In this document: positions 8,612-17,218 of the stretch, piece by piece
How the letters are laid out: the number at the start of each line of letters is the position of its first letter
Position numbering within the stretch: the stretch's first letter is position 1
NCBI GenBank assembly: GCA_910580135.1
Contig: CAJTXC010000002.1
Location: 1 to 39,313, forward strand
Direction: 5' to 3'
DNA: 39,313 bases
From: an uncultured Bacilli bacterium
Lineage (GTDB): Bacteria; Bacillota_I; Bacilli_A; RF39; UBA660
Made by a program: the position numbers and the translations under genes
The notes under the pieces: model-generated
What the model saw: the letters and a program-made list of their open reading frames with translations, nothing else
Databases searched by the model: none
What the model was told of the DNA's origin: nothing

Positions 8612-10629
8612 TGTTGTTTTAAATCTTTAATAATATTTATTATAAGGAATATCACAAAGATTAATACTACAGTAATTATAGATTTAGAAAGCAAACTACC
8701 TTCAATGCTAATTAATGATTCCTTAAATAAATCTATTGTATATTTCATTGGTAAGAAGTTAAATAATTTTTGAAATCCATTAGATACAGTTTCTATTGGG
8801 AATGTTCCTCCTGCTGCAGCAAGTTGCAACACTAATAATATAAGTGCAATAAACTTACCAACATCATTTAAATTTACTATTAAAAACTCAATAATTGATT
8901 CAAATGCACACGCAACAAGTATCATTGATGCAAAGTATAAGAAGTAATTAGTTACGTTAAATCCTAATCCTATCTTTAATAATACGCCTAGAATAACACC
9001 TTGAAGTGATGCAAGTCCTAAATAACAAAATGTTCTTTTTACTTTATTTTCTGCGTTTCTACTAAATAATTTAAATCTATCATTTGCATCATAATATAAT
9101 ATTATAAATAACATTAAAGATCCCACCCATAAAGCAATTGATATAAAAAATGGTGAGAAAGCAGTACCATACTCGGTAACTTCATTAACATCTTTTTCTT
9201 CTACTTTTACTGGGTTAGCAGCAAAATCTTCCAAACTAGTTAGTTTTTTCAAATCATTATTAGTAGAATTTATTGAACTTGCAACTTCACTTTTAGCAGT
9301 ATTAACACCATTATATAACGTGTTAGTTCCACTAGCTAAACTACTACTTCCTTTATTTATTTCATTTATTCCAGAAAGTACGGTATTTGATCCATTCCTT
9401 AACGTATTAGTACCAACAGTTAAAGTCTTAGTACCACTAACTAACTTCGAAGAACCTGTCTTTAACTCATCTACACCTTGTTTTAAAGTACTAACACCAG
9501 CTTTTAATTCTGGTAATTTTTCTGTACCAGCACTTAATTTATCAATACCATCACTAACTTGTTTATTACCAATCGATAACCTGTTACCCGCATTCTTTAT
9601 AAAATCACTTATTGTAAGTACTTTAGCAGTATTATCATCAATGTTGTTATCATTCATTAATTTAGTTATAAGCCCACAAGTTTGTGCATTATATGATGGC
9701 AAGCCAGAAGTACATGCCCCTAATTTTGCATTTTCAAAGGTAACACTTAATAATGATGGGTTAGATGTAACATAATTAACCAAAGTAATATAACTATTTA
9801 ATCCTTCGGTAAAACTATCTTCTCCTTGTTTTAATGTGCTTACACCATTTTGTAAATCATCTAACTTAATAGATGCGCTACTAAGAGAATTAACTCCTGT
9901 TTGTAATTTACTTATTCCTTCGTCTAGTTCTTTAGCGCCTCCATATAAAGAGTTAGCACCATTGTTAACACTTAATACACCGTTATTAAATTCATTATAT
10001 CTAGAACTCAAAGTGCTAGTTCCATCTTGAAGTTTATAAGCACCATCTTTAAGCGTACTTGTTCCATCAGATATTTGTTTTAATCCATCATCTATTTTTG
10101 CTACTTTTTTAGGAACACTATTTAAATTATCAGTTAAAGTAGACACAACTTCTTTAGAAACGTTACTTCTAACTTCTTTTTCTGCTTCTAAAACCACTCT
10201 ACTTATTATTTGTGATGCTAAATAATTTGATTTCTGGTTTGGAGAATAAGTAATAGTTGCTGCTTTCTTATTTTCCTCACCCGCACTTAATAAATTGCTA
10301 GTAAAATCACTTGGAATTGTAATAACAGCGTAATAGTCTTTATTATTTAAGCCTTCTTCTGCTTTTTTACTATTAACAACACTAATACCAAGTACGTTTT
10401 TTTCTTTTAAGCCATCAATTAAATCCTCGCCCTTACTTTCACCATTTACTTTCTTATCTTCATTTACGATAGCAACTGGAATATCATCCATGTGTCCGTA
10501 TGGATCCCAATAAGCTTTTAAATAAAAGAAACTATACATAAATGGTATTAAAAGTACCGCTGCAATAACAACATAGTTAAACCAAGTTTTATTGATCTTT
10601 TTTACTTGTTTTTTATTATCTTTTTTCAT
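8596..10629 (-). CDS. YhgE/Pip domain-containing membrane protein (phage infection protein family)
   Basis: 677 aa. N-terminal TM plus FFYLKAYWDPYGHMDDIPVAIVNEDK, a central Gly/Leu heptad-like repeat region, and a C-terminal ABC-2-like multi-TM domain. Confidence 0.85.
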   Translation of the reverse strand: MKKDNKKQVKKINKTWFNYVVIAAVLLIPFMYSFFYLKAYWDPYGHMDDIPVAIVNEDKKVNGESKGEDLIDGLKEKNVLGISVVNSKKAEEGLNNKDYYAVITIPSDFTSNLLSAGEENKKAATITYSPNQKSNYLASQIISRVVLEAEKEVRSNVSKEVVSTLTDNLNSVPKKVAKIDDGLKQISDGTSTLKDGAYKLQDGTSTLSSRYNEFNNGVLSVNNGANSLYGGAKELDEGISKLQTGVNSLSSASIKLDDLQNGVSTLKQGEDSFTEGLNSYITLVNYVTSNPSLLSVTFENAKLGACTSGLPSYNAQTCGLITKLMNDNNIDDNTAKVLTISDFIKNAGNRLSIGNKQVSDGIDKLSAGTEKLPELKAGVSTLKQGVDELKTGSSKLVSGTKTLTVGTNTLRNGSNTVLSGINEINKGSSSLASGTNTLYNGVNTAKSEVASSINSTNNDLKKLTSLEDFAANPVKVEEKDVNEVTEYGTAFSPFFISIALWVGSLMLFIILYYDANDRFKLFSRNAENKVKRTFCYLGLASLQGVILGVLLKIGLGFNVTNYFLYFASMILVACAFESIIEFLIVNLNDVGKFIALILLVLQLAAAGGTFPIETVSNGFQKLFNFLPMKYTIDLFKESLISIEGSLLSKSIITVVLIFVIFLIINIIKDLKQQKKAN

Positions 10630-10646
10630 TCATAATCCCCCAATCT

Positions 10647-11204
10647 TCAATTAAATAATCCTTCTTTTAAAATTTTAGTAATGTTTTCAGTTACCTTCTT
10701 TTCATCAAGTTCTTTATCCCATTCAAATATTACCGAAACGTATACCTTATAAATTATAAAAGCACATAAATCTACATCACAATCTTTAATGTATCCCTTA
10801 TCAATAGCCCATGAAAGGCGCATCTTTATAAAATCAAGTATGCCATCATCAAACATTTTTATGGAGTTTTTAGAAGAAATAGTATTTAACTCATCAGCTT
10901 CTTTTGATAAAGTAATAAACAATTTAGCTTCTTTTTTATATTTAAGAAGTTCATATAAGACTTTATTTACTCCTTCAAAAAAGTCTTTTTCATCAGAATA
11001 TTTAGTTATAATACCCTTCATATGTAAAAGTTCCTCTTCTATTAATGATTTTAATAAGCTTTCCTTATCATCAAAGTAAGAATAAACCGTTTTCTTAGTA
11101 ACGTTTGCATTTTTCGCAATTTCATCCATACTAACTTTCTTATACCCATATTTTGTAAATAATTCTCTTGCAGATATTAATATTTCATCTTTCTTATTAC
11201 TCAT
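10647..11204 (-). CDS. TetR/AcrR family transcriptional regulator
   Basis: MSNKKDEILISARELFTKYGYKKVSMDEIAKNANVTKKTVYSYF is a canonical TetR HTH. SD GGAGGG lies upstream. The stop is 17 nt before the yhgE-like gene (operon). The ORF-track N-terminal extension covers the promoter and operator. Confidence 0.85.
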   Translation of the reverse strand: MSNKKDEILISARELFTKYGYKKVSMDEIAKNANVTKKTVYSYFDDKESLLKSLIEEELLHMKGIITKYSDEKDFFEGVNKVLYELLKYKKEAKLFITLSKEADELNTISSKNSIKMFDDGILDFIKMRLSWAIDKGYIKDCDVDLCAFIIYKVYVSVIFEWDKELDEKKVTENITKILKEGLFN

Positions 11205-11211
11205 AATCCCT

Positions 11212-11248
11212 CCAGTATACCAATAAACCATTTCGGTATACCAGTATA
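11212..11248 (-). promoter_or_regulatory. Candidate TetR operator: two GTATACCA boxes 21 bp apart
   Basis: GTATACCA occurs at 11215-11222 and 11236-11243, and the core GGTATACC is palindromic. The boxes lie between the -10 and the start codon. Confidence 0.45.
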
Positions 11249-11276
11249 GTATATGACCATAATAAAAGAAAGTCAA
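11248..11276 (-). promoter_or_regulatory. Promoter of the tetR-yhgE operon
   Basis: Minus strand reads TTGACT-17 nt-TATACT. Confidence 0.55.
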
Positions 11277-11293
11277 CCAGTTTTGACTTTCTT
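11266..11293 (-). terminator. Rho-independent terminator after the desulfoferrodoxin gene
   Basis: AAGAAAGTCAA-N6-TTGACTTTCTT forms a perfect 11-bp stem followed by a T-rich stretch on the minus strand. Confidence 0.6.
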
Positions 11294-11305
11294 AATAATT
11301 TTTAA

Positions 11306-11686
11306 TTATTTAATTTCATTTTCCCATAATCCATGTTTATTACAATATGAATATAGTTTTCCTTCTTTCACATCTTTAAAAGTTACTGTTGCAGATACTC
11401 CTGGTTTTAAATAATAAACTTCTTCTTTTTCATCTGTTACTAAAGCTATCCATTCAATATAATGATCTTCATCCATAACATGGTTAACTGTCACTACAAC
11501 ATCATTCTCATTTAACTCATATGCTGGAACATGTTTTTCTACTGCGGCATCAACCGAATTGGATTTTAAAGTAATCATTTTCTCGTTGCAACATTTAATA
11601 CCACAATCATCACAATTGCAATAATTTATTATTTTGACTAAAGCTCCACACTTAGAACATTTTTTTATAACTAATTCTTTTTTCAT
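11306..11686 (-). CDS. dfx: Desulfoferrodoxin / superoxide reductase
   Basis: 126 aa. N-terminal desulforedoxin-like CxxC...CC (CSKCGALV...CGIKCC), then EKHVP, HVMDEDHYIEWI and C-terminal CNKHGLW. SD AGGAGG lies upstream. Confidence 0.85.
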   Translation of the reverse strand: MKKELVIKKCSKCGALVKIINYCNCDDCGIKCCNEKMITLKSNSVDAAVEKHVPAYELNENDVVVTVNHVMDEDHYIEWIALVTDEKEEVYYLKPGVSATVTFKDVKEGKLYSYCNKHGLWENEIK

Positions 11687-11741
11687 TAATTAATCCTCCT
11701 ACTCTATAGATACTATTAGTATATCATAGAATCCATAAAGT

Positions 11742-12485
11742 TTAATCTTTAAAAATTAGATGATATGGATACCCTCTTTTATCTACCTTATCCAAATTTA
11801 AATCAAGGTCTTTAGCTAATTTAAGTAATTCATCACATTCTTCCATTACTGATTTTGTATATTTTTTTATTTCTATTTCTATAAAATAGCCAAGTTCTTC
11901 AACGCAGTCCAATGCCACTTCATACTTATCTAAATAAATAAAAGAACTTCTTATTTTATCTACTACTACAACTTGAACTAAACCCAAAACTTTTAATATT
12001 TTATCCATGTCTTTATCGTTATTAATTTCTACTTCGTATTCATCACAAGACATATCACTATACCAATTTTTATAATTTAATATATTTTTATTACCCCTTT
12101 TTCCTATTCTAAGCCACTCAGTAATAGGACTAGAATTTAAAAAACTTCTGTAAGTTGGCTCATAGTATGTATCAATTTGTCTAATTTCATTAATAAACCT
12201 AGCATTATTTGTCATAAATATTTTTATTTCTTCAAATTCTTTTTTAGATAACTTTATCTTTATTTCCGTTTCTATATCATTTTTATTAACATTACCATAT
12301 ATCAAATAACTAGCACTACAATCTAATATTTCACTTAGTTTTATTATCATTTCTAAACCTGGTTCAGTTCTATTTTTCTCCCAACTAGAAATTGTTTTAT
12401 CCGTAACAAAAAGTTTATCTGCTAATTTCTGCTGACTTAAACCTTTCTTTTTTCTTAAATTCATAATTCTAGTTCCTAAATTCAT
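11742..12485 (-). CDS. XRE-family HTH fused to a CYTH (class IV adenylate cyclase / triphosphatase-like) domain
   Basis: N-terminus LRKKKGLSQQKLADKLFVTDKTISSWEKNRTEP is an XRE HTH. The C-terminal domain starts with the ExExK-type motif ETEIKIKL and ends with FIEIEIK, typical of CYTH. Confidence 0.7.
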   Translation of the reverse strand: MNLGTRIMNLRKKKGLSQQKLADKLFVTDKTISSWEKNRTEPGLEMIIKLSEILDCSASYLIYGNVNKNDIETEIKIKLSKKEFEEIKIFMTNNARFINEIRQIDTYYEPTYRSFLNSSPITEWLRIGKRGNKNILNYKNWYSDMSCDEYEVEINNDKDMDKILKVLGLVQVVVVDKIRSSFIYLDKYEVALDCVEELGYFIEIEIKKYTKSVMEECDELLKLAKDLDLNLDKVDKRGYPYHLIFKD

Positions 12486-12506
12486 ATATTCACACCTCTT
12501 AAATGA

Positions 12507-12557
12507 ATTATAACATGCATGAAGTATAAAAAAATTCTACAAAATGTAGAATTTTTT
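12507..12557 (-). promoter_or_regulatory. Extended -10 promoter plus 13-bp-arm palindrome (operator or terminator)
   Basis: The minus strand has TGtTATAAT at 12515-12507. The perfect palindrome AAAAAATTCTACA-AAA-TGTAGAATTTTTT (12529-12557) sits over the -35 region. Confidence 0.45.
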
Positions 12558-12799
12558 AAGAAGTCTTTTCATTATTACCAATTAAATTTATTATAGAATA
12601 TATTTTTTAAATTAATACAATGTAAAATAAAATTACTGTTAAAAAAAACAAATCGTAATGTTTCGGTATTATTATCAATATGGTGCGTGAGTAAACCACA
12701 TTTGAAAAATCACATAAAGGCTAATTTCTAAATCGATTATAACATCATTTATATAGTTTTGCGCCTAATAATCTAATCTTTGGGAGAAATTGTAATTTT

Positions 12800-13276
12800 T
12801 TAGGTTAATTCTTTCTTGTGATTTAAGTGTATTCCAATATGTCCTATTCCTAATATAATTGTTGATGTAATTAAGAATACATTTTTCCCATATATACCCA
12901 ATAATAAAAATGCAATTATAGGCAATGTAGCACCTGCAACTGGTATACCTAATAAACTAATATACATATCTCTCATTGTTTTACTGCTTTTGAAGTATCT
13001 TATCCAATATATTTCATATAAAATCATCAGAATAAATGCAATTAACAATATACTAGACCAATTTGAGATTTTATTTATATTAAAATCACTAAATATCAAT
13101 GATGTACAAGTTACTAACATTTCCCCAATTCTTTCAAATATTAGTAATATTTTATTCTCTTTTTTTACATATTTATCATAATTTTTAGGTTTATTTTTAC
13201 TCCATATAATATTAGGTATTATTAGCATTAGCAAAAATATTAAACCTATATACGAAAATCCAAAGTGAATATTCAT
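12800..13276 (-). CDS. Hypothetical multi-pass membrane protein
   Basis: 158 aa with 4-5 hydrophobic segments. No motif recognised. Confidence 0.55.
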   Translation of the reverse strand: MNIHFGFSYIGLIFLLMLIIPNIIWSKNKPKNYDKYVKKENKILLIFERIGEMLVTCTSLIFSDFNINKISNWSSILLIAFILMILYEIYWIRYFKSSKTMRDMYISLLGIPVAGATLPIIAFLLLGIYGKNVFLITSTIILGIGHIGIHLNHKKELT

Positions 13277-13309
13277 TATTTCATCTCGCTTTCAAATTGT
13301 AATTTGTCG

Positions 13310-13954
13310 TTATATATATAATCTTAAACAATATATTAATGCTAACACTACTGCCAATAATAAACTATAAACGCTATTTTGGGGTTTCACATATAAAACA
13401 AGCATTGTCCCTAAAAATAACAATGTGTCTATTATACTTTTAAAATAAAAATACCAAATACCAATACTAAAAGAAAATAATAACATTACTGCTAATATTA
13501 CACTAGAAATTATAATTGAAATTTTATTATTTCCTTTTGCATACCAACAGATAAATGCAAGTATTGGAGTTATAGCAGTTATTCCATACCAAATCATCAT
13601 ATAACTTTTAGGATTAAAACCACTGAACATAATTGCGTATAAATGGTAGCTTACTGTCATACCTATAAAAAATAAAAATACATTTAAACTTGCTCTTAAT
13701 GGTGTTGCACTAAACGCCGAAATAATGATTGCTAGGAATATCCATATTCCAAAATCAGAAAAAACATTTCCTAAATCTAATATTCCTAGTATATGTTGCC
13801 ACCATATCGCATCATTAATACCTAAATTATCTAACCATTTAGAAAATATACCTAAAACTATTCCTAATAAGAATATCAAAAATGTATTTATAATTTTTTT
13901 ACTTGTTTTTAAAGTTTTATCAGGAGTCCTTATCTTATCCAAAAAATTTTTCAT
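13310..13954 (-). CDS. Hypothetical multi-pass membrane protein
   Basis: 214 aa with about 6 hydrophobic segments. No motif recognised. Confidence 0.55.
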   Translation of the reverse strand: MKNFLDKIRTPDKTLKTSKKIINTFLIFLLGIVLGIFSKWLDNLGINDAIWWQHILGILDLGNVFSDFGIWIFLAIIISAFSATPLRASLNVFLFFIGMTVSYHLYAIMFSGFNPKSYMMIWYGITAITPILAFICWYAKGNNKISIIISSVILAVMLLFSFSIGIWYFYFKSIIDTLLFLGTMLVLYVKPQNSVYSLLLAVVLALIYCLRLYI

Positions 13955-14321
13955 ATTATCTCCAATTCTACAAATTACTATTTGTATGATAGATTAGTAA
14001 AAAATATAATTAATATATATGTACACAAATAATAATTGAACTTATACAAATATTATAATACTTTTCATATCCTTTTTAAAGTTATCGTGTACATTTTCCT
14101 TTAAGAAATTCAAACAGTTTTATAATTTTTTATGCACCAAATCAAGAGTTACTCTTTTAGCAGATAAGGGTGTATTACAAATAACCCACTTTTCATACCT
14201 AAAAACTAACCGATTTTTACATAAATTTAAGAATGTTATTAATTTTCTTTTTTAACCCCTTATAAATTTCTAGTTTTTCTTTTACTATCTGCATAATTAA
14301 TAAAACTCATTTCAAGCAAAC

Positions 14322-14349
14322 AAAAAAGGATTAACCGAAATTAACCTTT
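14322..14349 (-). terminator. Probable original ssrA terminator, displaced by the insertion
   Basis: The minus strand reads AAAGGTTAA-TTTCGG-TTAATCCTTT followed by TTTTTTG. It lies just outside attL, where the tmRNA transcript would end in the empty site. Confidence 0.5.
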
Positions 14350-14385
14350 GTTTATTTGAAAGTCGAATTAGTTCGACTAATTTCC

Positions 14386-14400
14386 CTATGGTGGACCTGA
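14386..14400. repeat. attL core (CTATGGTGGACCTGA)
   Basis: 14/15 identical to 27473-27487. See the findings for the reconstructed attB and attP. Confidence 0.75.
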
Positions 14401-14620
14401 ATAATCTAAAAACAAACTTTTTTGTCTTTAGAGGTGGGTTCGCACTAATAATAAGACTGAGTTCATAAAACTCTTCTTTTTTTCCTTTTTTCACTTTGGA
14501 ATACTAAGAAATATGCAATTATCCCTATTTAATTTAAGTATATACAAGTGTTTACTATAAATCAACGATTTACATTAATCACTTTTAAATTTCAGTAATA
14601 ATATGTGTTTATGAGATTAT

Positions 14621-14932
14621 TTAACTATTTAACCACTCTTCATTAAATCTTTTTTTAAATTCTTCTTTAACATCCTCTAATTTTGTATTTATTCCTTTTT
14701 GATTTAAATATTCATAGAATGATTTTGAACTAAGTGTTTTATGTTCTATAATATCATTATAATAAGTAACCATCTTTCTAGCTGTATCCTTAAGTTTAAT
14801 ATTATACATTGTATCATTAACTACTCTATTAATTTTTTTATCATTGTTTTCTTTAGCATACTCTAACATTGGTTTAAATACATTTTCATATAAAAAATTT
14901 AATATTTCTTTTTTCTTTTCTTCTTCTGTCAT
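14621..14932 (-). CDS. Hypothetical protein, co-transcribed with the XRE regulator
   Basis: 103 aa. SD GAGGT overlaps the stop of the upstream XRE gene. No family recognised. Confidence 0.55.
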   Translation of the reverse strand: MTEEEKKKEILNFLYENVFKPMLEYAKENNDKKINRVVNDTMYNIKLKDTARKMVTYYNDIIEHKTLSSKSFYEYLNQKGINTKLEDVKEEFKKRFNEEWLNS

Positions 14933-14942
14933 TTGTTATACC

Positions 14943-15167
14943 TCATTTCTTTTTTATTATTATCTCTATATTATGTACCTTACATATTAACTTTATTAAA
15001 TCAGAATTATAAGTTCTTCTACCACTTTCATAATTTTGTATAGCTCTTTCACTTTTTCCAATAGATTTTCCAAATTCTCTTTGTGTGAGCTCAGTTGCTT
15101 GTCTTATAAATCTAATAATATCTTTTGGTTCATAATCATTAAATTTGACTATCATATTCTGTATCAT
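14943..15167 (-). CDS. XRE/cI-like HTH regulator of the element (start uncertain: 15167, 15155 or GTG 15239)
   Basis: HTH is TQREFGKSIGKSERAIQNYESGRRTYN. The ORF-track 5' extension to 15239 would contain the divergent consensus promoter, so an internal ATG is favoured. Confidence 0.65.
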   Translation of the reverse strand: MIQNMIVKFNDYEPKDIIRFIRQATELTQREFGKSIGKSERAIQNYESGRRTYNSDLIKLICKVHNIEIIIKKK

Positions 15168-15195
15168 CACCTCACCCGCATAAAAGCTATATTCG

Positions 15196-15224
15196 TTGAC
15201 AGTATACCAGTTTGGGTGTATAAT
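15196..15224 (+). promoter_or_regulatory. Perfect consensus sigma-70 promoter (TTGACA-17-TATAAT)
   Basis: TTGACA lies at 15196-15201, a 17-nt spacer follows, and TATAAT lies at 15219-15224. It faces the rightward operon of the element and is divergent from the XRE gene. Confidence 0.75.
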
Positions 15225-15282
15225 TAGTTCATAAACCACCCATAGAGGTATAGTATTTTATATAGTTTAAGGAGTTGATAAT

Positions 15283-15915
15283 GTGAATAAAAGTTTTGAT
15301 ATTAATTTAGTTATGAATAAGTTAAGGGAAAAAAAGAAGATTTTTCGTGATGAGAATGATTTTAGACAAGAATTAGATGATACTATACGAGATATGTATG
15401 ATAATTCTAGAGTTAAAATAGAATATCCAGCACCTTTTAATTCTAAAAAAGGTATTGATATTGTAGTTAAAATTAATGATGATTACTACCCAATTGAACT
15501 AAAATACAAAAGAAAACACTTTAAAGGTATTGCTGATAATGTGGAATATGATTTACCTTATGACAGTGCTCAAACTGAAAATAGTTATCGTATTGTAGAA
15601 GACATTGAAAGAATAGAGAAATTTAAAGATAATGAACCTAAGTTTAAGAAAGGGTATACTCTATTTTTAACTAATGATTTATCTTATCTAAATGAACCTA
15701 GAGAAAACTCACAATATAAAGATTTTTCTGTTCATCAAGGAAATATTTTAAATGGTACTTTAACTTGGGCTGAAGGAAGTTCTAAACTAGAAGATAAAAA
15801 ATTTAATAGTCCTATTATATTAAAAGGTACTTATACTATGAATTGGAAAGAATACAGTAATCTAGATAGTGAAAATGGGAAATTTATGTATTTGATTAAT
15901 GAAATAAATAGATAA
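15283..15915 (+). CDS. Hypothetical protein with a PD-(D/E)xK nuclease-like motif
   Basis: GTG start with SD AAGGAG 8 nt upstream. GIDIVVKINDDYYPIELKYK gives D-x13-E-x-K preceded by an acidic helix. Motif-level call only. Confidence 0.5.
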   Translation: MNKSFDINLVMNKLREKKKIFRDENDFRQELDDTIRDMYDNSRVKIEYPAPFNSKKGIDIVVKINDDYYPIELKYKRKHFKGIADNVEYDLPYDSAQTENSYRIVEDIERIEKFKDNEPKFKKGYTLFLTNDLSYLNEPRENSQYKDFSVHQGNILNGTLTWAEGSSKLEDKKFNSPIILKGTYTMNWKEYSNLDSENGKFMYLINEINR

Positions 15916-15975
15916 TAATATTCATTTAGAATATTTATTATAAATAAAATTTTTAAAATGGAAAGAAGGGAAAAA

Positions 15976-17199
15976 ATGAAAAAAATTTTATTAACATTGT
16001 TAGTAGTGTTTAGTTTTATGTTTATAACTACTAATGTTGTTAATGCAGAAGAAGTAACAGGAGAACAGACAGAACAACAAACATTAAAAGTGCTTGATAG
16101 TAGTGCACTTGATGTAATTGATAGTACATATAATATTGATAAGAAAGAAAGTGAATTGGATTTAAGTAACTATGATTCTATTATTAAAATACAAGAATCA
16201 ATAAAGAATGATTATATTAATAAGATAAAAGAAGCAGGATATGATACTTCTAAAATAAATAATGGTATACAATTTAATGTTCAATTTGCCTTTTTAGATG
16301 AAAATGGTGATTTTCCAGATATTCATAAAATTAATGTTGAATTGAGTGAAAATTTAAATTCTATTGGAAAAAAGGTAATTAATGTAAGTTATTCTAGTAC
16401 ATCCGCTTATAATCAAACAGATTTAAACTATGTTAATAATAAAGTAAGCAGTATTAAATTACAAAAATTTGAAAACATGGATACAATATGGCATGTATTC
16501 GATTTTGGGGAGTCTGCATGGTTTGAGAAAACAAACGAATATATTAATAATTATAATTATTCATCATTAGTTAATGATAAAACAATTACCGTTAAAGCTA
16601 TGAGTGGTGGTTGGGGTACAACTCCAGAAACTACTATGTGGGGTCCTACAGTAAAATTATACTTCTTTAAAAATGATGTTTTATATGCTACTAAGGACAT
16701 AAATTTTAGATTTATTTTTGGTACTATGCTAGATAATGGAACTCCCGTTGTTATGGCTAAGCAAGATGATAATACAGAAATTTATAAAGAAATGGCGAAA
16801 GAATTAGAAAAGCTAGGATTAGATAATGTTATTGGTTGTTACGAATTAGAAGCATACGGAGATACTTATAATAACATGTCTATATCATTTAGTATTGATA
16901 GTAAATATAATGGTAGAGGTGTAAAAATACTTCATAGAAAAAGTGATGGAACGTTTGAAACATTTGATACTAAAGTAGTTAATGGAAAAGCTACTATAAC
17001 AGTAAGTGAGTTTTCTCCATTTATAATAGCATTAACTGATGATGATCCTATTACTGCAACTAAGTTATCAAACAATGCTCAAACTTCATCAATGGATATA
17101 GCAAAATATGTAGTATTAGCTTTAGGCTCTTTAATAGGAATTACATATATACTAATTAATAAAAAGAAAATAAAGAAAGTAAAGAAAGTAGCAGCTTAG
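15976..17199 (+). CDS. Secreted surface protein with a sortase-B-type sorting signal
   Basis: Signal peptide MKKILLTLLVVFSFMFITTNVVNA. The C-terminus has NAQTS, a hydrophobic stretch (IAKYVVLALGSLIGITYILI) and a basic tail (KKKIKKVKK). Confidence 0.7.
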   Translation: MKKILLTLLVVFSFMFITTNVVNAEEVTGEQTEQQTLKVLDSSALDVIDSTYNIDKKESELDLSNYDSIIKIQESIKNDYINKIKEAGYDTSKINNGIQFNVQFAFLDENGDFPDIHKINVELSENLNSIGKKVINVSYSSTSAYNQTDLNYVNNKVSSIKLQKFENMDTIWHVFDFGESAWFEKTNEYINNYNYSSLVNDKTITVKAMSGGWGTTPETTMWGPTVKLYFFKNDVLYATKDINFRFIFGTMLDNGTPVVMAKQDDNTEIYKEMAKELEKLGLDNVIGCYELEAYGDTYNNMSISFSIDSKYNGRGVKILHRKSDGTFETFDTKVVNGKATITVSEFSPFIIALTDDDPITATKLSNNAQTSSMDIAKYVVLALGSLIGITYILINKKKIKKVKKVAA

Positions 17200-17218
17200 T
17201 TGCTATTTCTTTCTATTT

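Noticed and set aside
9300-10100. Periodic nucleotide and protein repeats inside the yhgE/pip gene, checked as a possible CRISPR array, DGR variable region or tandem repeat.
   Set aside because: The repeats are in-frame degenerate Gly/Leu heptad-like units typical of the YhgE/Pip central domain. There are no identical direct repeats with unique spacers, and no reverse transcriptase or template copy nearby.
11205-11276. N-terminal extensions proposed by the ORF track: TetR (MTFFYYGHILYWYTEMVYWYTGGI), RNase R (33523-33579), the glycosidase (27888-27932), the surface protein (15958-15975) and the 36567 start.
   Set aside because: The extensions lack SD sequences, cover promoter or operator sequences, or precede a canonical N-terminus that has a well-spaced SD.
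12670-12700. Possible relic att site (TATGGTG shared with the ssrA core), which would make 12.7-14.4 kb an older island remnant.
   Set aside because: Only 7 nt match, and there is no flanking similarity to the tmRNA 3' end or to the attP arms. A match of this length is expected by chance.
14312-14494. 60-aa minus-strand ORF spanning the left end of the element.
   Set aside because: It crosses the att core, the displaced terminator hairpin and the flanking hairpin. It has no SD and no recognisable protein features, and the region is better explained as attL plus the terminator.
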